A DNA stretch of 64,000 bases from Polyangiales bacterium (GTDB taxonomy: Bacteria; Myxococcota_A; Polyangia; Polyangiales; JADJQN01), in the NCBI GenBank assembly GCA_964202905.1, contig CAXNJO010000003.1:727776-791775 (forward strand), in the 5' to 3' direction. Of this stretch, positions 10,741-23,265 are shown piece by piece. Position 1 is the stretch's first letter. The number at the start of each line of letters is the position of its first letter. The position numbers were made by a program, and so were the translations under genes. The notes beneath the pieces were generated by a model. The model was not told the DNA's origin and made no database searches. It worked only from the letters and a program-made list of their open reading frames with translations.

Positions 10741-11966
10741 CGCGCCGCGTTACACCTCCGCGACCCCTCGTTTTCGGCATGTTCTCGCGACCGGCGACGC
10801 TCGCCCGCGTGGCACTGACGGCCGCGCTCGCGCTCGCGCCGTCCGCGTGCGGCACGGGCGGCGAGGAGAGCCGCGGCGGCATGTCGGGGCTGCCCGGCGC
10901 GGGGCTCGGGCCGTATCGGCGCCTCGACACCGACGAGGTCTCCGGCCGCCTCGCGCTGCGCCGCATGGCCCTCGTCGAGAGCGGGATGGTGCTCCGCGGC
11001 GCGGGCCCGCAGCCCGCGCTGTTCTACACGGCGGCCGACCTGCCGCCCGCTCCGCTGCCGCCGCTTCCCGACGCGGGCATGGCCGTCGATGCGGGCGCCG
11101 ACGTCGATGGCGGCGTCGATCTCGACGCGGGCATGGCCGCCGATGCGGGCGCCGACGTGGATGGCGGCGTCGATCTCGACGCGGGCATGGCCGTCGATGC
11201 GGGCGCCGACGTGGATGGCGGCGTCGCCGATCCGCTCGCGGGCTTCGCGCCGCGCCGCATCCTGCGCAGCAACCCCGGTGATGGCCCCGCCTTCAGCGGC
11301 GGCGAGCCGGTGCTCGAGGCGCGCGAGGCGTGGGAGGGCGACGCCGTGTTCGATCCGTGGGCGGTCGCGCTCGCGGACGGGCGCGTGCGGCTCTATTACG
11401 CGGCCGCGGGCGGGCTCGGCGTCGCCGAGGCGGCCAGCGTCGCCGGGCCCTTCACGCGCGTCGGCGCGGGCCCGATCCTCGCCGGGCTGCGGCGCCCGAC
11501 CGTCACCGCGCGCCCCGACGGCGCGCCCGGCTTCCTGCTCTACGCCGAGGACGCAGGCACGATCGTCGTCGCCACGTCCGCGGACGGACTCGCCTTCACC
11601 GCGCCCGAGGCCGTCGATCTCGGCTTCCCGCCGGGCGACGCGGGCGTGCCGCAGGTCGCGGTCGGCAGCCCCGGCGCGGGCCTCCAGATCCCGACGCTCG
11701 ATCCGCCCCGCGTGGTGCTCTTCTTCGAGTCGCGCCGCGCCGACGGCTCGCAGACGCTCGGCATCGCCGCCTCCCGCGACGGGCGCACCTTCGAGCGCGC
11801 GACGTTGCCATCCTTCGGGATGGGGTTGGCCGAAGGCTTCCCGGCGCCGGACTTCGTCGATGCGCAGACGACGCTGCTCTACTTCACGGTCGCGGCCGTC
11901 ACGGACGACCGTCCCTCGCGCGCGCTCACCGTCGCGGTGAGCCCGGGCACGCTGCGCTTCGACTGA
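10737..11966 (+). CDS. Putative lipoprotein with DAG repeats and beta-propeller/GH43-like domain
   Basis: APSAC lipobox-like; WEGDAVFDPWAV, RLYY, SADGLAF and SRDGRTF Asp-box-like motifs. Confidence 0.55.
   Translation: MTRRVTPPRPLVFGMFSRPATLARVALTAALALAPSACGTGGEESRGGMSGLPGAGLGPYRRLDTDEVSGRLALRRMALVESGMVLRGAGPQPALFYTAADLPPAPLPPLPDAGMAVDAGADVDGGVDLDAGMAADAGADVDGGVDLDAGMAVDAGADVDGGVADPLAGFAPRRILRSNPGDGPAFSGGEPVLEAREAWEGDAVFDPWAVALADGRVRLYYAAAGGLGVAEAASVAGPFTRVGAGPILAGLRRPTVTARPDGAPGFLLYAEDAGTIVVATSADGLAFTAPEAVDLGFPPGDAGVPQVAVGSPGAGLQIPTLDPPRVVLFFESRRADGSQTLGIAASRDGRTFERATLPSFGMGLAEGFPAPDFVDAQTTLLYFTVAAVTDDRPSRALTVAVSPGTLRFD
11070..11225 (+). repeat. 54-bp tandem repeat, about 3 copies (DAGMAVDAGADVDGGVDL)
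   Basis: Units start at 11070, 11124 and 11178. Confidence 0.9.
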
Positions 11967-11993
11967 GCCGCGTCGCGCGCCCACAGGAGCCCC

Positions 11994-12791
11994 ATGGAGA
12001 ACGACCTCGACCGCGCCACGCGGCTCACCGCGCTCGGCGGCGGCACCTTCGCCGCGCAGATCCCGGACGGCTGGCAACAAGGGCGCGGCGCCTACGGCGG
12101 CCTCGTCGTCGCGGCGCTGCTGCGCGCCGTCGAGCACGCGGAGTCGGAGCCCGAGCGCACGCTGCGCGCGATCTCCGCGGAGATCTGCGCGCCGGTGGGC
12201 GTCGGCGACGCGACGATCCGCGTGGAGCCGCTGCGCCGCGGGGCGGCGGTCGGCTACTACGACGCGCGGCTCGTGCAGCAGGGCGAGGTGCAGGCCCGCG
12301 CGAGCGTCGTGCTCGGCGCAGCGCGGCCCGTCGACTCGGCGGTGCCGGCCCCGACGCCGCCCTCCCCGCCCGCGTGGCGCGGGCTCCCGGTCATCGCGGT
12401 CGCGCCGCCGCTCGGCCCGCAGTTCGCGCAGCACTTCGAGTACCGCCCGACGGGCGTGCCGCCGTTCAGCGGCAGCCCGGAGGCGAGCGCCTCCGGCTTT
12501 CTGCGCGAGCGCTCCCCGCGCACGCGCTTCGACGCCCCCGCCGTGCTCGCGCACCTCGACGCGTGGTGGCCCGCGCTCTTCGCCGTCGAGCGCGCGCCGC
12601 GCCCCTGCGCGACGGTGTGCTTCACCGCGCAGCTGCTCGTCGATCCCGCGACGCTGCCCGCAGGTGAGCCGCTCTTCCACCGGGCCCGCGTCGAGGCGCT
12701 GCGCGAGGGCTATTTCGTCGAGTTTCGCGAGCTCTGGAGCGGCCCGACGCTCGTCGCGCTGAACCAGCAGACCTTCGCCGTGCTGCGATGA
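11994..12791 (+). CDS. Acyl-CoA thioesterase (double hotdog)
   Basis: WQQGRGAYGG, LDAWWPA, LVALNQQ. Confidence 0.8.
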   Translation: MENDLDRATRLTALGGGTFAAQIPDGWQQGRGAYGGLVVAALLRAVEHAESEPERTLRAISAEICAPVGVGDATIRVEPLRRGAAVGYYDARLVQQGEVQARASVVLGAARPVDSAVPAPTPPSPPAWRGLPVIAVAPPLGPQFAQHFEYRPTGVPPFSGSPEASASGFLRERSPRTRFDAPAVLAHLDAWWPALFAVERAPRPCATVCFTAQLLVDPATLPAGEPLFHRARVEALREGYFVEFRELWSGPTLVALNQQTFAVLR

Positions 12792-12857
12792 GCGGGGCCC
12801 CGCGCCCGCCCGGCACGCCGACGCCCCGCGCATCGACGCCCGGCAACGCACGCGCCC

Positions 12858-13643
12858 TTGGCGCCCGGTGTCGAGGCGGCCGAGGTCGAGGCGGCCGAGC
12901 GCGCCGTCGCGCGGCTGCCCCGCTTGCGCGCGGGTTGGGTCGGGCGCGCCCTCTTCCTCGGGCTCTTCCTCGCCACGCCGATGATCGCGATGCGCTTCCC
13001 GGCGTTCCGCGCGCAGCTCGCGTCCCTCGCGTACGGGCTGCGCGACGGCGGGGTCGGGGCGCTCGCGATCTACTGGGTGGTCTGCGCGTTGAGCGGCGTG
13101 CTCGCGACGCCGGTCGTGCTGTTCGCGGGCGTCGCCGGCTTCGCGTTCGGGCCGGTCGGCGGCGTGGGCGCGGCGCTGCCGGGCATCACGCTGCACGCGT
13201 GCAGCGCGTTCCTCGTCGGGCGTACGTTCCTGCGCGCGCGCGTCGCGCGGCGCCTCGCGGGCAACGCGCGCTGGTCCGCGATCGAGGGCGCGCTCCGGGC
13301 CGAGGGCTTCCGCATCGCGCTGTTGCTGCGCCTCACGCCGTTCATGCCGCAGAACCTGCTCAGCTACGCGTTCAGCGCGAGCCCGCTCCCCTTCGCACGG
13401 TTCGCGCTCGCGACGACGCTCGGCCTCGCGCCGATCGTCGCCGTGCAGGCCACGCTCGGCAGCCTCGTGCAGGACGCCGCGCAGCTGCTCGACAGCGACG
13501 GGGACGCGTCCAGCCAGCTCGCGCTGCTCGTCGGCAGCGCGGTCGTGTCGCTGGTCGCGCTCTACGCCGTCACGCGCGTCGCCTCGCGCGCGCTCGGCCG
13601 CGCGATGGCGCGGCACGACACGCCCCCGCCACCCGGTCCATGA
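12858..13643 (+). CDS. TVP38/TMEM64 (DedA/VTT) membrane protein
   Basis: GFAFG, LLRLTPFMPQNLLSY, FALAT..G..P; start uncertain. Confidence 0.8.
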   Translation: MAPGVEAAEVEAAERAVARLPRLRAGWVGRALFLGLFLATPMIAMRFPAFRAQLASLAYGLRDGGVGALAIYWVVCALSGVLATPVVLFAGVAGFAFGPVGGVGAALPGITLHACSAFLVGRTFLRARVARRLAGNARWSAIEGALRAEGFRIALLLRLTPFMPQNLLSYAFSASPLPFARFALATTLGLAPIVAVQATLGSLVQDAAQLLDSDGDASSQLALLVGSAVVSLVALYAVTRVASRALGRAMARHDTPPPPGP

Positions 13644-13728
13644 CCGCAAGGTCCTTGCGGTGTTCGGTCGAGCACCCCTGATTTTCTGGGCACATCGCAG
13701 GCTCGCGCGCTGGAGGTCCCCGCAGGCG

Positions 13729-14388
13729 TCAGCGCCTCACGCCGAGCCAGACGTGCTCGTGGAACGTGGTCACGCCGCGCTCGCGGTAGCGTGGGCTCTC
13801 CGGGAGGATGTCGTGCCGGCCGAGCAGCGTGAGCGCGAACGAGGCGTCGAAGAGCGCGCGCACCTCGTCGTCCGGGACGCTGTGCGGCGGTCCGACGGGC
13901 GGGCCATCGAAGACGAAGGTCACGAGCAGGAGCCGCCCCGCGGGCCGCACGAACGACGCGAGGTGCGGCGCGTAGCGGCTGCGCAGCGCGGGCGGCAGGG
14001 CGACGAGCGCCGCGCGATCCCAGACCGCGTCGAACGTCCCGAGCCCCGCGGCGTCCTGCGCGAAGAAGTCGCCGACGACGATCGTGATGCCCCGCGCCGC
14101 GTAGCGCGCGACGCCGTCCGCGCGCGTCACCGCCGGCGTGAGCCCGCGCTCCGCGAAGAAGGCCGAGGCCGCGTCCTCGACGAGCTCGACGCCGACGACC
14201 TCCGCGCCCTGCGCGGCGAGGAACTCGAGGTCGACGCTCTTGCCGCAGAGCGGGACGAGCACGCGCCGCGGATCGGGCCCGGCTCCGAGCAGCGCGTCGA
14301 GGTGCGCGCGCAGGAAGGGGTTCACATCCCCGCGGTGAAAACCGATCTGCCCGCTCCGCCAACGCTCCCGCCAGAACTCCGGTTCCAT
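13729..14388 (-). CDS. tpm: Thiopurine S-methyltransferase
   Basis: FWRERW..GQIGFH, VLVPLCGKSVD, GDFF, WDRAALVALP, GPP. Confidence 0.88.
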   Translation of the reverse strand: MEPEFWRERWRSGQIGFHRGDVNPFLRAHLDALLGAGPDPRRVLVPLCGKSVDLEFLAAQGAEVVGVELVEDAASAFFAERGLTPAVTRADGVARYAARGITIVVGDFFAQDAAGLGTFDAVWDRAALVALPPALRSRYAPHLASFVRPAGRLLLVTFVFDGPPVGPPHSVPDDEVRALFDASFALTLLGRHDILPESPRYRERGVTTFHEHVWLGVRR

Positions 14389-14418
14389 GCGCGCGAGCAT
14401 GGCACCGCGCAGGTCCGC

Positions 14419-14937
14419 TCAGCCAGCCGGCACCCGCACGAGCAGCGCGTCGAAGCGCTCGCACAGCGTCGCGAGGCTGCGCTGGTCGTTGAGGCGATGG
14501 CCCGCATCGACCAGCGTGAGCTCCACGCGATGCGCGTCCGCGAAGCGCAGCACGTTCGCCGACGGCACGACGTCGTCGCCCCAGCCGTGCACGACGGACA
14601 CGTCCGCGGGCAGCCCTAGAAACGTCTTCACCTCAAGCCCCGGCTTGTCGAGGTAGACGGCGGGCGCCATCAGAAAGAGCGCCGCCGGCCGGACGTGTTC
14701 GCACGCGACGAGGGACACGTAGGCGCCGAGGCTCGATCCGACGAGCACGACGGGACGCGGCAGGCGCGTCGCGTGGGCGACCAGGCGCTCGACGCGATCC
14801 GCGGGCGAGCGATCCGCGCGGTAGTTGAGCGCGTCGACGTGCGCGCCGCGACGCCGCGCGACCTCGGAGAGCGCATCGATCTTGGAGCCGGTGGGACCGG
14901 ACTCGAGCCCGTGCGAGAAGACGACGTTCAGCGCCAT
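14419..14937 (-). CDS. Alpha/beta hydrolase (YqiA-like)
   Basis: FSHGLES, GSSLG, HGWGDDVVP, GHRL. Confidence 0.82.
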   Translation of the reverse strand: MALNVVFSHGLESGPTGSKIDALSEVARRRGAHVDALNYRADRSPADRVERLVAHATRLPRPVVLVGSSLGAYVSLVACEHVRPAALFLMAPAVYLDKPGLEVKTFLGLPADVSVVHGWGDDVVPSANVLRFADAHRVELTLVDAGHRLNDQRSLATLCERFDALLVRVPAG

Positions 14938-15038
14938 CGGGCGGCGATAGCACGAACCGCGACCCACGCGGGGCGGGTCGGCCCGGGCCGCACGAGCGCC
15001 CCCGACGCGCGCAGGCGCGCCGCTGCTATCGTCGCCCG

Positions 15039-15704
15039 ATGACGCGCGGCTGGCTGCGACGCACGTACGACCGCGAGGTGCTCGGGCGGCTGCTCGACGC
15101 GGGCATGCGCGGCGTCGCGCCCGTGCGCGCCGAGCTGCTCGCGCCGCTCCGCGGCCGCGTCGTGGAGCTTGGGTTCGGCACCGGCGCGAACCTCCCGCAT
15201 TACCCCGCGGCGGTGACCGAGCTCGTCGCGGTCGAGCCGAGCGAGGGACTCGCCGCGCTCGCCCGCGCGCGCCTCGCGGCCGGGCCGCTCGCGCACCGCG
15301 TGGTGGTCGGCAGCGCGTCACGCCCGCTGCCCCTCGACGCGGGCTCCTTCGACGCCGCCGTCGTGACCTTCGTCCTCTGCAGCGCGCGTGACGTGGCCGC
15401 GCTGCTCGCCGAAGCACGCCGACTGCTCGCGCCGGGCGCCCCGCTCCATGTCGCCGAGCACGTCGCGGCGCCGGGGCCCGCGCTCGCGATGACGCAGCGC
15501 GTCATCCGACCTGCATGGCGCGCGGTGCTCGGCGGCTGCGACCCGGCGCGGGACAGTCGCGCCGCGCTCGAGGCCGCGGGCTTCGACACCACGGGGCTCC
15601 GCGACGTGCGCCTCGCGCTGCCTTTCCCCGTCGGGACGGGGCTCGTCGGGCGCGCAATCCCGCGCGTCGGGGCGCCCCCCCGGGACGGGCCCCAGGGCGG
15701 GTGA
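15039..15704 (+). CDS. Class I SAM-dependent methyltransferase
   Basis: VVELGFGTGANL, FVLCS, EH, GGC. Confidence 0.85.
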   Translation: MTRGWLRRTYDREVLGRLLDAGMRGVAPVRAELLAPLRGRVVELGFGTGANLPHYPAAVTELVAVEPSEGLAALARARLAAGPLAHRVVVGSASRPLPLDAGSFDAAVVTFVLCSARDVAALLAEARRLLAPGAPLHVAEHVAAPGPALAMTQRVIRPAWRAVLGGCDPARDSRAALEAAGFDTTGLRDVRLALPFPVGTGLVGRAIPRVGAPPRDGPQGG

Positions 15705-15713
15705 TCGCGCCCG

Positions 15714-17684
<1,971 letters not shown>

Positions 17685-17756
17685 CGCGGCGGCCTCTAGC
17701 AGCAAGCGTCGCGCGGCGCGACCCGCAAGTCTTGCGCGCGACGCGGGAGGCGCGCG

Positions 17757-18953
<1,197 letters not shown>

Positions 18954-19195
18954 CGCACCTCACGCCCCGCGAACGGCGGGACCTCTGCTGCCTGAACCCG
19001 TGCGGGAGCTTACCGAGCCGCGCGCGTGTCGTCTTGCGTTTCCTGCTTGGACCGATGGCGCCCGTCGTGCAGAGTCCCGACGCGCGCGTCGAGCGCGCCG
19101 CGGGAAGAAAATGCCCGATGACCGGCGGTGTACGGCACACCGCGCGGGAGACGCGCATGGGCGCCCGGCGCGGCAGACCGAGATGAGACAATCCC

Positions 19196-19224
19196 CTCAA
19201 GAGTTCGCCCGATCCTGCCGATGG
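19196..19224 (+). promoter_or_regulatory. sigma28 (FliA) promoter of motA
   Basis: CTCAAG-N15-GCCGATGG; same motif upstream of fliC and flgM. Confidence 0.75.
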
Positions 19225-19247
19225 CGACCGGGAGGCACGACACACCC

Positions 19248-20108
19248 ATGATGGTCCTGGTCGGAGTAGTCGTCGTGATCGTCGCCGTCCTCGGCGGGTT
19301 CACCATTGCAGGCGGACACATCCCCGTCCTGTTTCACATTTCCGAGTTCGTCACGATCGGTGGCGTCGCGCTCGGCGGCATCCTCATCTCTACGCCCGTC
19401 AAGGTCATCAAGGCGACGATCGCCAAGATGAAGCACCTGCTCCGCAAGGACCCGTTCGACCGCGCCCTCTACCTCGACGCGCTCAAGCTGCTGTACGAGT
19501 TCTTCCAGATCGCCCGCAAGGACGGCCTCGTCGGCGTCGAAGGCCACATCGAAAACCCCGACAAGAGCGCCATCTTCGCGAAGTACGCGAAGGTCATGGA
19601 GCACCACCACGCCGTCGAGTTCTTCTGCGACTCGATGCGTCTCGTGATCGCCGGCAGCGTGCCGCCGCACGACCTCGAGGCGATGATGGACGAGGAAATC
19701 GACGTGCATCACCACGCCGAGGCCGCGACCGTCGGCGCCGTCCAGAAGGTCGGCGACGCGCTCCCGGGCATCGGGATCGTCGCCGCGGTGCTCGGCATCG
19801 TCGTGACGATGAGCGCGATCTCCGGCCCCGTCGAAGTCATCGGCGAGAAGGTCGGCGCGGCGCTCACCGGGACGTTCCTCGGCGTGCTCGCGGCGTACGG
19901 GTTCCTGAACCCGATGGCGACGGGCATGGAACACCTCAACGACGCGGAGTCGCGCTTCTACTACTTCTTCAAGTCGGCGGTCGTCGCGAGCGCGAAGGGC
20001 TTCCCGCCCATCGTCGCCGTCGAGTTCGCGCGGCGCGCGATCAGCGCGGACGTGCGCCCCACGTTCGCGGAGATGGAGACCGCCTGCACCGGCAAGGCGA
20101 AGGACTGA
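19248..20108 (+). CDS. motA: Flagellar stator MotA
   Basis: ARKDGLVGVE, LPGIGIVAAVLG, GTFLG, VEFARRAI, RPTF. Confidence 0.95.
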   Translation: MMVLVGVVVVIVAVLGGFTIAGGHIPVLFHISEFVTIGGVALGGILISTPVKVIKATIAKMKHLLRKDPFDRALYLDALKLLYEFFQIARKDGLVGVEGHIENPDKSAIFAKYAKVMEHHHAVEFFCDSMRLVIAGSVPPHDLEAMMDEEIDVHHHAEAATVGAVQKVGDALPGIGIVAAVLGIVVTMSAISGPVEVIGEKVGAALTGTFLGVLAAYGFLNPMATGMEHLNDAESRFYYFFKSAVVASAKGFPPIVAVEFARRAISADVRPTFAEMETACTGKAKD

Positions 20109-20109
20109 C

Positions 20110-21183
20110 ATGGCGCGTCCTTCCCGCGACACCCCGATCATCATTCGCAAAAAGAAGGTCGCGGGTCACGGCCACCATGGCGGCGCGTGGAAGGTCGCGT
20201 TCGCGGACTTCATGACCGCGATGTTCGCGCTCTTTCTGGTGCTCTGGCTCGTCAACCAGAGCGCGGACGTCAAGAACGCCATCGCCAACTATTTCCGCGA
20301 TCCGATCGGCTTCGAGCAGGGCGGCAACATGCAGCTCGCGATCGGCGGCGCGGACTCCCCGCAGGCCGAGCGACAGATCGTCGATGCCGTCACCGCGCGG
20401 CGCCGCGCCCAGCTGAGCGCCGCGGGCGACCGGATCCGGCGCGCCCTCTCGCAGAGCCCCGCGCTCGCCGCGGTCGCCCGGAACGTCGCCATCGAGATGA
20501 CGCCCGAGGGGCTCCGCATCTCGATGGCCGAGGACGAGGGCGCCACGTTCTTCGAGTCGGGCAGCCCGCGCCTCGAGCCGCACGCCGTCGAGGTGCTCGG
20601 CGTCGTCGCACACGAGCTGGGCGAGTTGGGCAATCCGTTGCTCGTCGAGGGCCACACCGACGCCCGTCCGCTGCACCGCGGCGACGGCTACTCGAACTGG
20701 GAGCTCTCGACGGACCGCGCGCATCAGGCGCGGCGTCTCCTCGCGGAGGCCGGGATCGCGGAGGACCGCATCCAGCAGGTGCGCGGCTTCGCGGATCGCG
20801 ACCTGCTCGTGCCGGACGACCCGCTCTCACCGCGGAACCGCCGCATCACGATCACCGCGCTCGACGCGCCGTCGCCGGGCAACGCCAACCTCGATGTCAA
20901 CGTCCAGCTCGACGACGACGACGGCGGCGGCGCCGAAGCCGCGGGCGACGCGGGCGTCGCGCCCACGGGCGAGCGGGACGCCGCCACGCTCGCCGAGCCG
21001 GCGGCCGACGCCGGCAGCCGCGCAGCGGCACCCGCGCACGGCGCAGCCCACGACGGACACGCCGCGCCTGTGGACGGCGCCATGGCCCACGACGACCCCG
21101 CAGCGCCCGCACGCGGCGCTGCTGCGCACGACGAACACGCGGGCCAGGGCCCCGCGGGCGCCGGCCATGGAGCCACACGATGA
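20110..21183 (+). CDS. motB: Flagellar stator MotB
   Basis: HHGGAWKVAFADFMTAM, EGHTD, NWELSTDRA, NRRI. Confidence 0.95.
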   Translation: MARPSRDTPIIIRKKKVAGHGHHGGAWKVAFADFMTAMFALFLVLWLVNQSADVKNAIANYFRDPIGFEQGGNMQLAIGGADSPQAERQIVDAVTARRRAQLSAAGDRIRRALSQSPALAAVARNVAIEMTPEGLRISMAEDEGATFFESGSPRLEPHAVEVLGVVAHELGELGNPLLVEGHTDARPLHRGDGYSNWELSTDRAHQARRLLAEAGIAEDRIQQVRGFADRDLLVPDDPLSPRNRRITITALDAPSPGNANLDVNVQLDDDDGGGAEAAGDAGVAPTGERDAATLAEPAADAGSRAAAPAHGAAHDGHAAPVDGAMAHDDPAAPARGAAAHDEHAGQGPAGAGHGATR

Positions 21184-22361
21184 GTCGCACAGAACCTGTT
21201 GTACTCGTGGTCGACGACGATCCGGACCAGCTCCGGATGACGTCGACGTTGTTGCGGCTCACGGGCGGTTGCCGCGTCGAGTTGGCCGAAGACGGGCAAC
21301 GCGCACTCGAGGTCGCGCGCACGCTCGGCCGCGCGCTCGACGTGGTGCTCTGCGACTACTCGATGCCCATCCTCGATGGTCTCGAGACGTGCCGGATCAT
21401 GCGGGCGGAGCCCGCCCTCGAAGGCGTGATCTTCGTGATGCTCACGGCGCACGCGGAGACGCAGCTCAAGATCCGCGCGCTCGACGCGGGCGTCGACGAC
21501 TTCCTCGCGAAACCGGTCGGGCAGGCCGAGTTGCTCGCGAAGACGCGCTCCGCCCTGCGCACGAAGGGCCTCTTCGACCGCGTCCGTGAGGAGAAGGCGA
21601 GCGCCGAGGCGCAGCAGGTCGCGACCTCGCACAGCTTCACGCAACTCGTGGACATCCTCGGCCACCTCGTCGAGCTGCGCACACCCGGCGCCGCCGACCG
21701 CGGCGCCCGCCTCTCGCGTGCGGCGGAGGGGATGGCCGAGCGCCTGCAACTCCCCGTGGAGCAGGCACGCGCGCTCAAGACCGCGGCGCGGCTCTTCGAG
21801 GTCGGCAAGCTCATCGAGGTCGAGGCCACGGGCGGCGAGCGCGGCGCCATGCTGAGCGTGCAGCGGCGCGGTACGCTCGCGGCCGCGGTGCTCGAGCGCG
21901 TCGTCGCGCTCCGCCCGGCCGCGGAGGTACTCACCTCGGTCGGCGAGACCTGGGACGGGACGGGCGGCCCGGAGCGCCTGCGGCAGAGCGTCATCCCGCT
22001 GCCGAGCCGCATCCTGAGGCCGCTCGTCGATTTCTTCTCCGAGCAGGACCGCACGAACGTCGCCAAGGCCATGGACGTCGTCTCGACGCGCGCCGGAACG
22101 ACGTACGACCCACTCGTCGTCGGGCACCTCCTGCAGCTCGCGCGCGCGCCCGAGGCCCGCGCGTGGCGCGCCCACGGCGATCGCGTCCCCGTTCATGCGC
22201 TCATCGAGGGCATGACGCTCGAAGAGGATCTGCTCACCGCGTCCGGCCTCAAACTCGCGGCTTCAGGCACGCTTTTGACGCGCAGCGTCATCGACATCAT
22301 CCGTCGCCGCCACGAGAACGAGCCGTTCCTGCACGGCGCGCTCGTGAGGCGCAACGTCTGA
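21180..22361 (+). CDS. Response regulator with degenerate HD-GYP-like domain
   Basis: REC (VVDDD, CDYSMP, DDFLAKP); RLFEVGK, ETWDGTGGP, IPLPSRI, GTTYDP. Confidence 0.75.
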   Translation: MSRTEPVVLVVDDDPDQLRMTSTLLRLTGGCRVELAEDGQRALEVARTLGRALDVVLCDYSMPILDGLETCRIMRAEPALEGVIFVMLTAHAETQLKIRALDAGVDDFLAKPVGQAELLAKTRSALRTKGLFDRVREEKASAEAQQVATSHSFTQLVDILGHLVELRTPGAADRGARLSRAAEGMAERLQLPVEQARALKTAARLFEVGKLIEVEATGGERGAMLSVQRRGTLAAAVLERVVALRPAAEVLTSVGETWDGTGGPERLRQSVIPLPSRILRPLVDFFSEQDRTNVAKAMDVVSTRAGTTYDPLVVGHLLQLARAPEARAWRAHGDRVPVHALIEGMTLEEDLLTASGLKLAASGTLLTRSVIDIIRRRHENEPFLHGALVRRNV

Positions 22362-22440
22362 CGCCGCGCCCGTGAAGCGCGGAGTCTGACGGCGCGGGCG
22401 GACCGCGCGCGATCCAGCGATCTTCGTGGGCCCCGCGCGC

Positions 22441-23265
22441 TCAGCCCTTCGTCATGAGCCCCGCGCGCTCAAACTCTTTCACGCCGCGGGCCAGCCACTC
22501 CGCGGCGAGGCCCCCGTCGATGCCGATCGCCGCGAGCGCCGCCTCGGGCGAGCGCGCATCCGGGGTCCCGTCTGCGGCGTGGACCAGGATGTCCGCGGCC
22601 GCGACGATCGAGGGGAGTTTGCGGTCGCCAGGCTCGTGGTGATGCAGGCATACCTCGGCGATCTCGTCCGGGAGCTGCCACTTCACGACCAGCGCGTGCC
22701 CCGCCGCCGCGTGCAGCGCATCGACGACGGCGAGCGCCTCGGCGTCGTCGCCGCCCGACGTCGGGAGCCGCTTCGCGACGAGGCTCCAGCAGCGCGCGCG
22801 CCCGAGGTCGTGGAGCAGCCCCGCGAGGAAGGCGTCATCGGGGTCGGCCGGCGCGACACGCGCGAGGGCGCGGGCGAGCGCAGCCGTCGCGACGCTGTGC
22901 ACGAAGTCGGCGGCGACCGCCTTCGCGAAACGCGGCACGTCGACGATCATCGAGGCGTACGCCGTCTGATAGAGCACCTCGCGCAGCGCCGCGCCGCCGA
23001 TGTGCGCGATCGCGCGGCGGGGTGACACATGCCGAGCACCGCGCGCGTAAAGCGCCGAGTTCGCCACCGCGAGCACGCGCGCCGCGAGCGGCGGATCGTT
23101 CTCCGCAAGCGTCGCCGCGGCGTCCACGTCGAAGTCGGCCACGCTCGCGAGGCGCAGCGCCTCGGCCGCCCCCTTCGCGAGCTGCGGCAGATCGCTCGTG
23201 CCCCGCTGCAGATCGCGCTCGACCAGTTCCAGGAGCCCCGCGCCCGCGTTCTCGCTGACGGTCAT
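22441..23265 (-). CDS. HDOD domain protein
   Basis: DPPLAARVLAVANSALY, AGLLHDLG, WQLP, HH. Confidence 0.85.
   Translation of the reverse strand: MTVSENAGAGLLELVERDLQRGTSDLPQLAKGAAEALRLASVADFDVDAAATLAENDPPLAARVLAVANSALYARGARHVSPRRAIAHIGGAALREVLYQTAYASMIVDVPRFAKAVAADFVHSVATAALARALARVAPADPDDAFLAGLLHDLGRARCWSLVAKRLPTSGGDDAEALAVVDALHAAAGHALVVKWQLPDEIAEVCLHHHEPGDRKLPSIVAAADILVHAADGTPDARSPEAALAAIGIDGGLAAEWLARGVKEFERAGLMTKG

Noticed and set aside
11070..11225. Possible CRISPR array
   Set aside because: In-frame coding repeat without unique spacers; no cas genes
12788..12860. Further frameshift linking ATG 12788 to the DedA gene
   Set aside because: The ATGA overlap is suggestive, but TTG 12858 gives a complete protein; cannot decide
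5984..13649. Very long antisense ORFs (5984-9490, 10680-13649, and similar elsewhere)
   Set aside because: Arg/Ala-rich shadow ORFs of high-GC genes; only the 7357-7876 part (nuclease) is real
19248..21183. motAB as gliding motor AglR/QS or ExbBD
   Set aside because: MotB has the WKVAFADF TM and an OmpA-like PG-binding domain, plus a sigma28 promoter, so it is a flagellar stator
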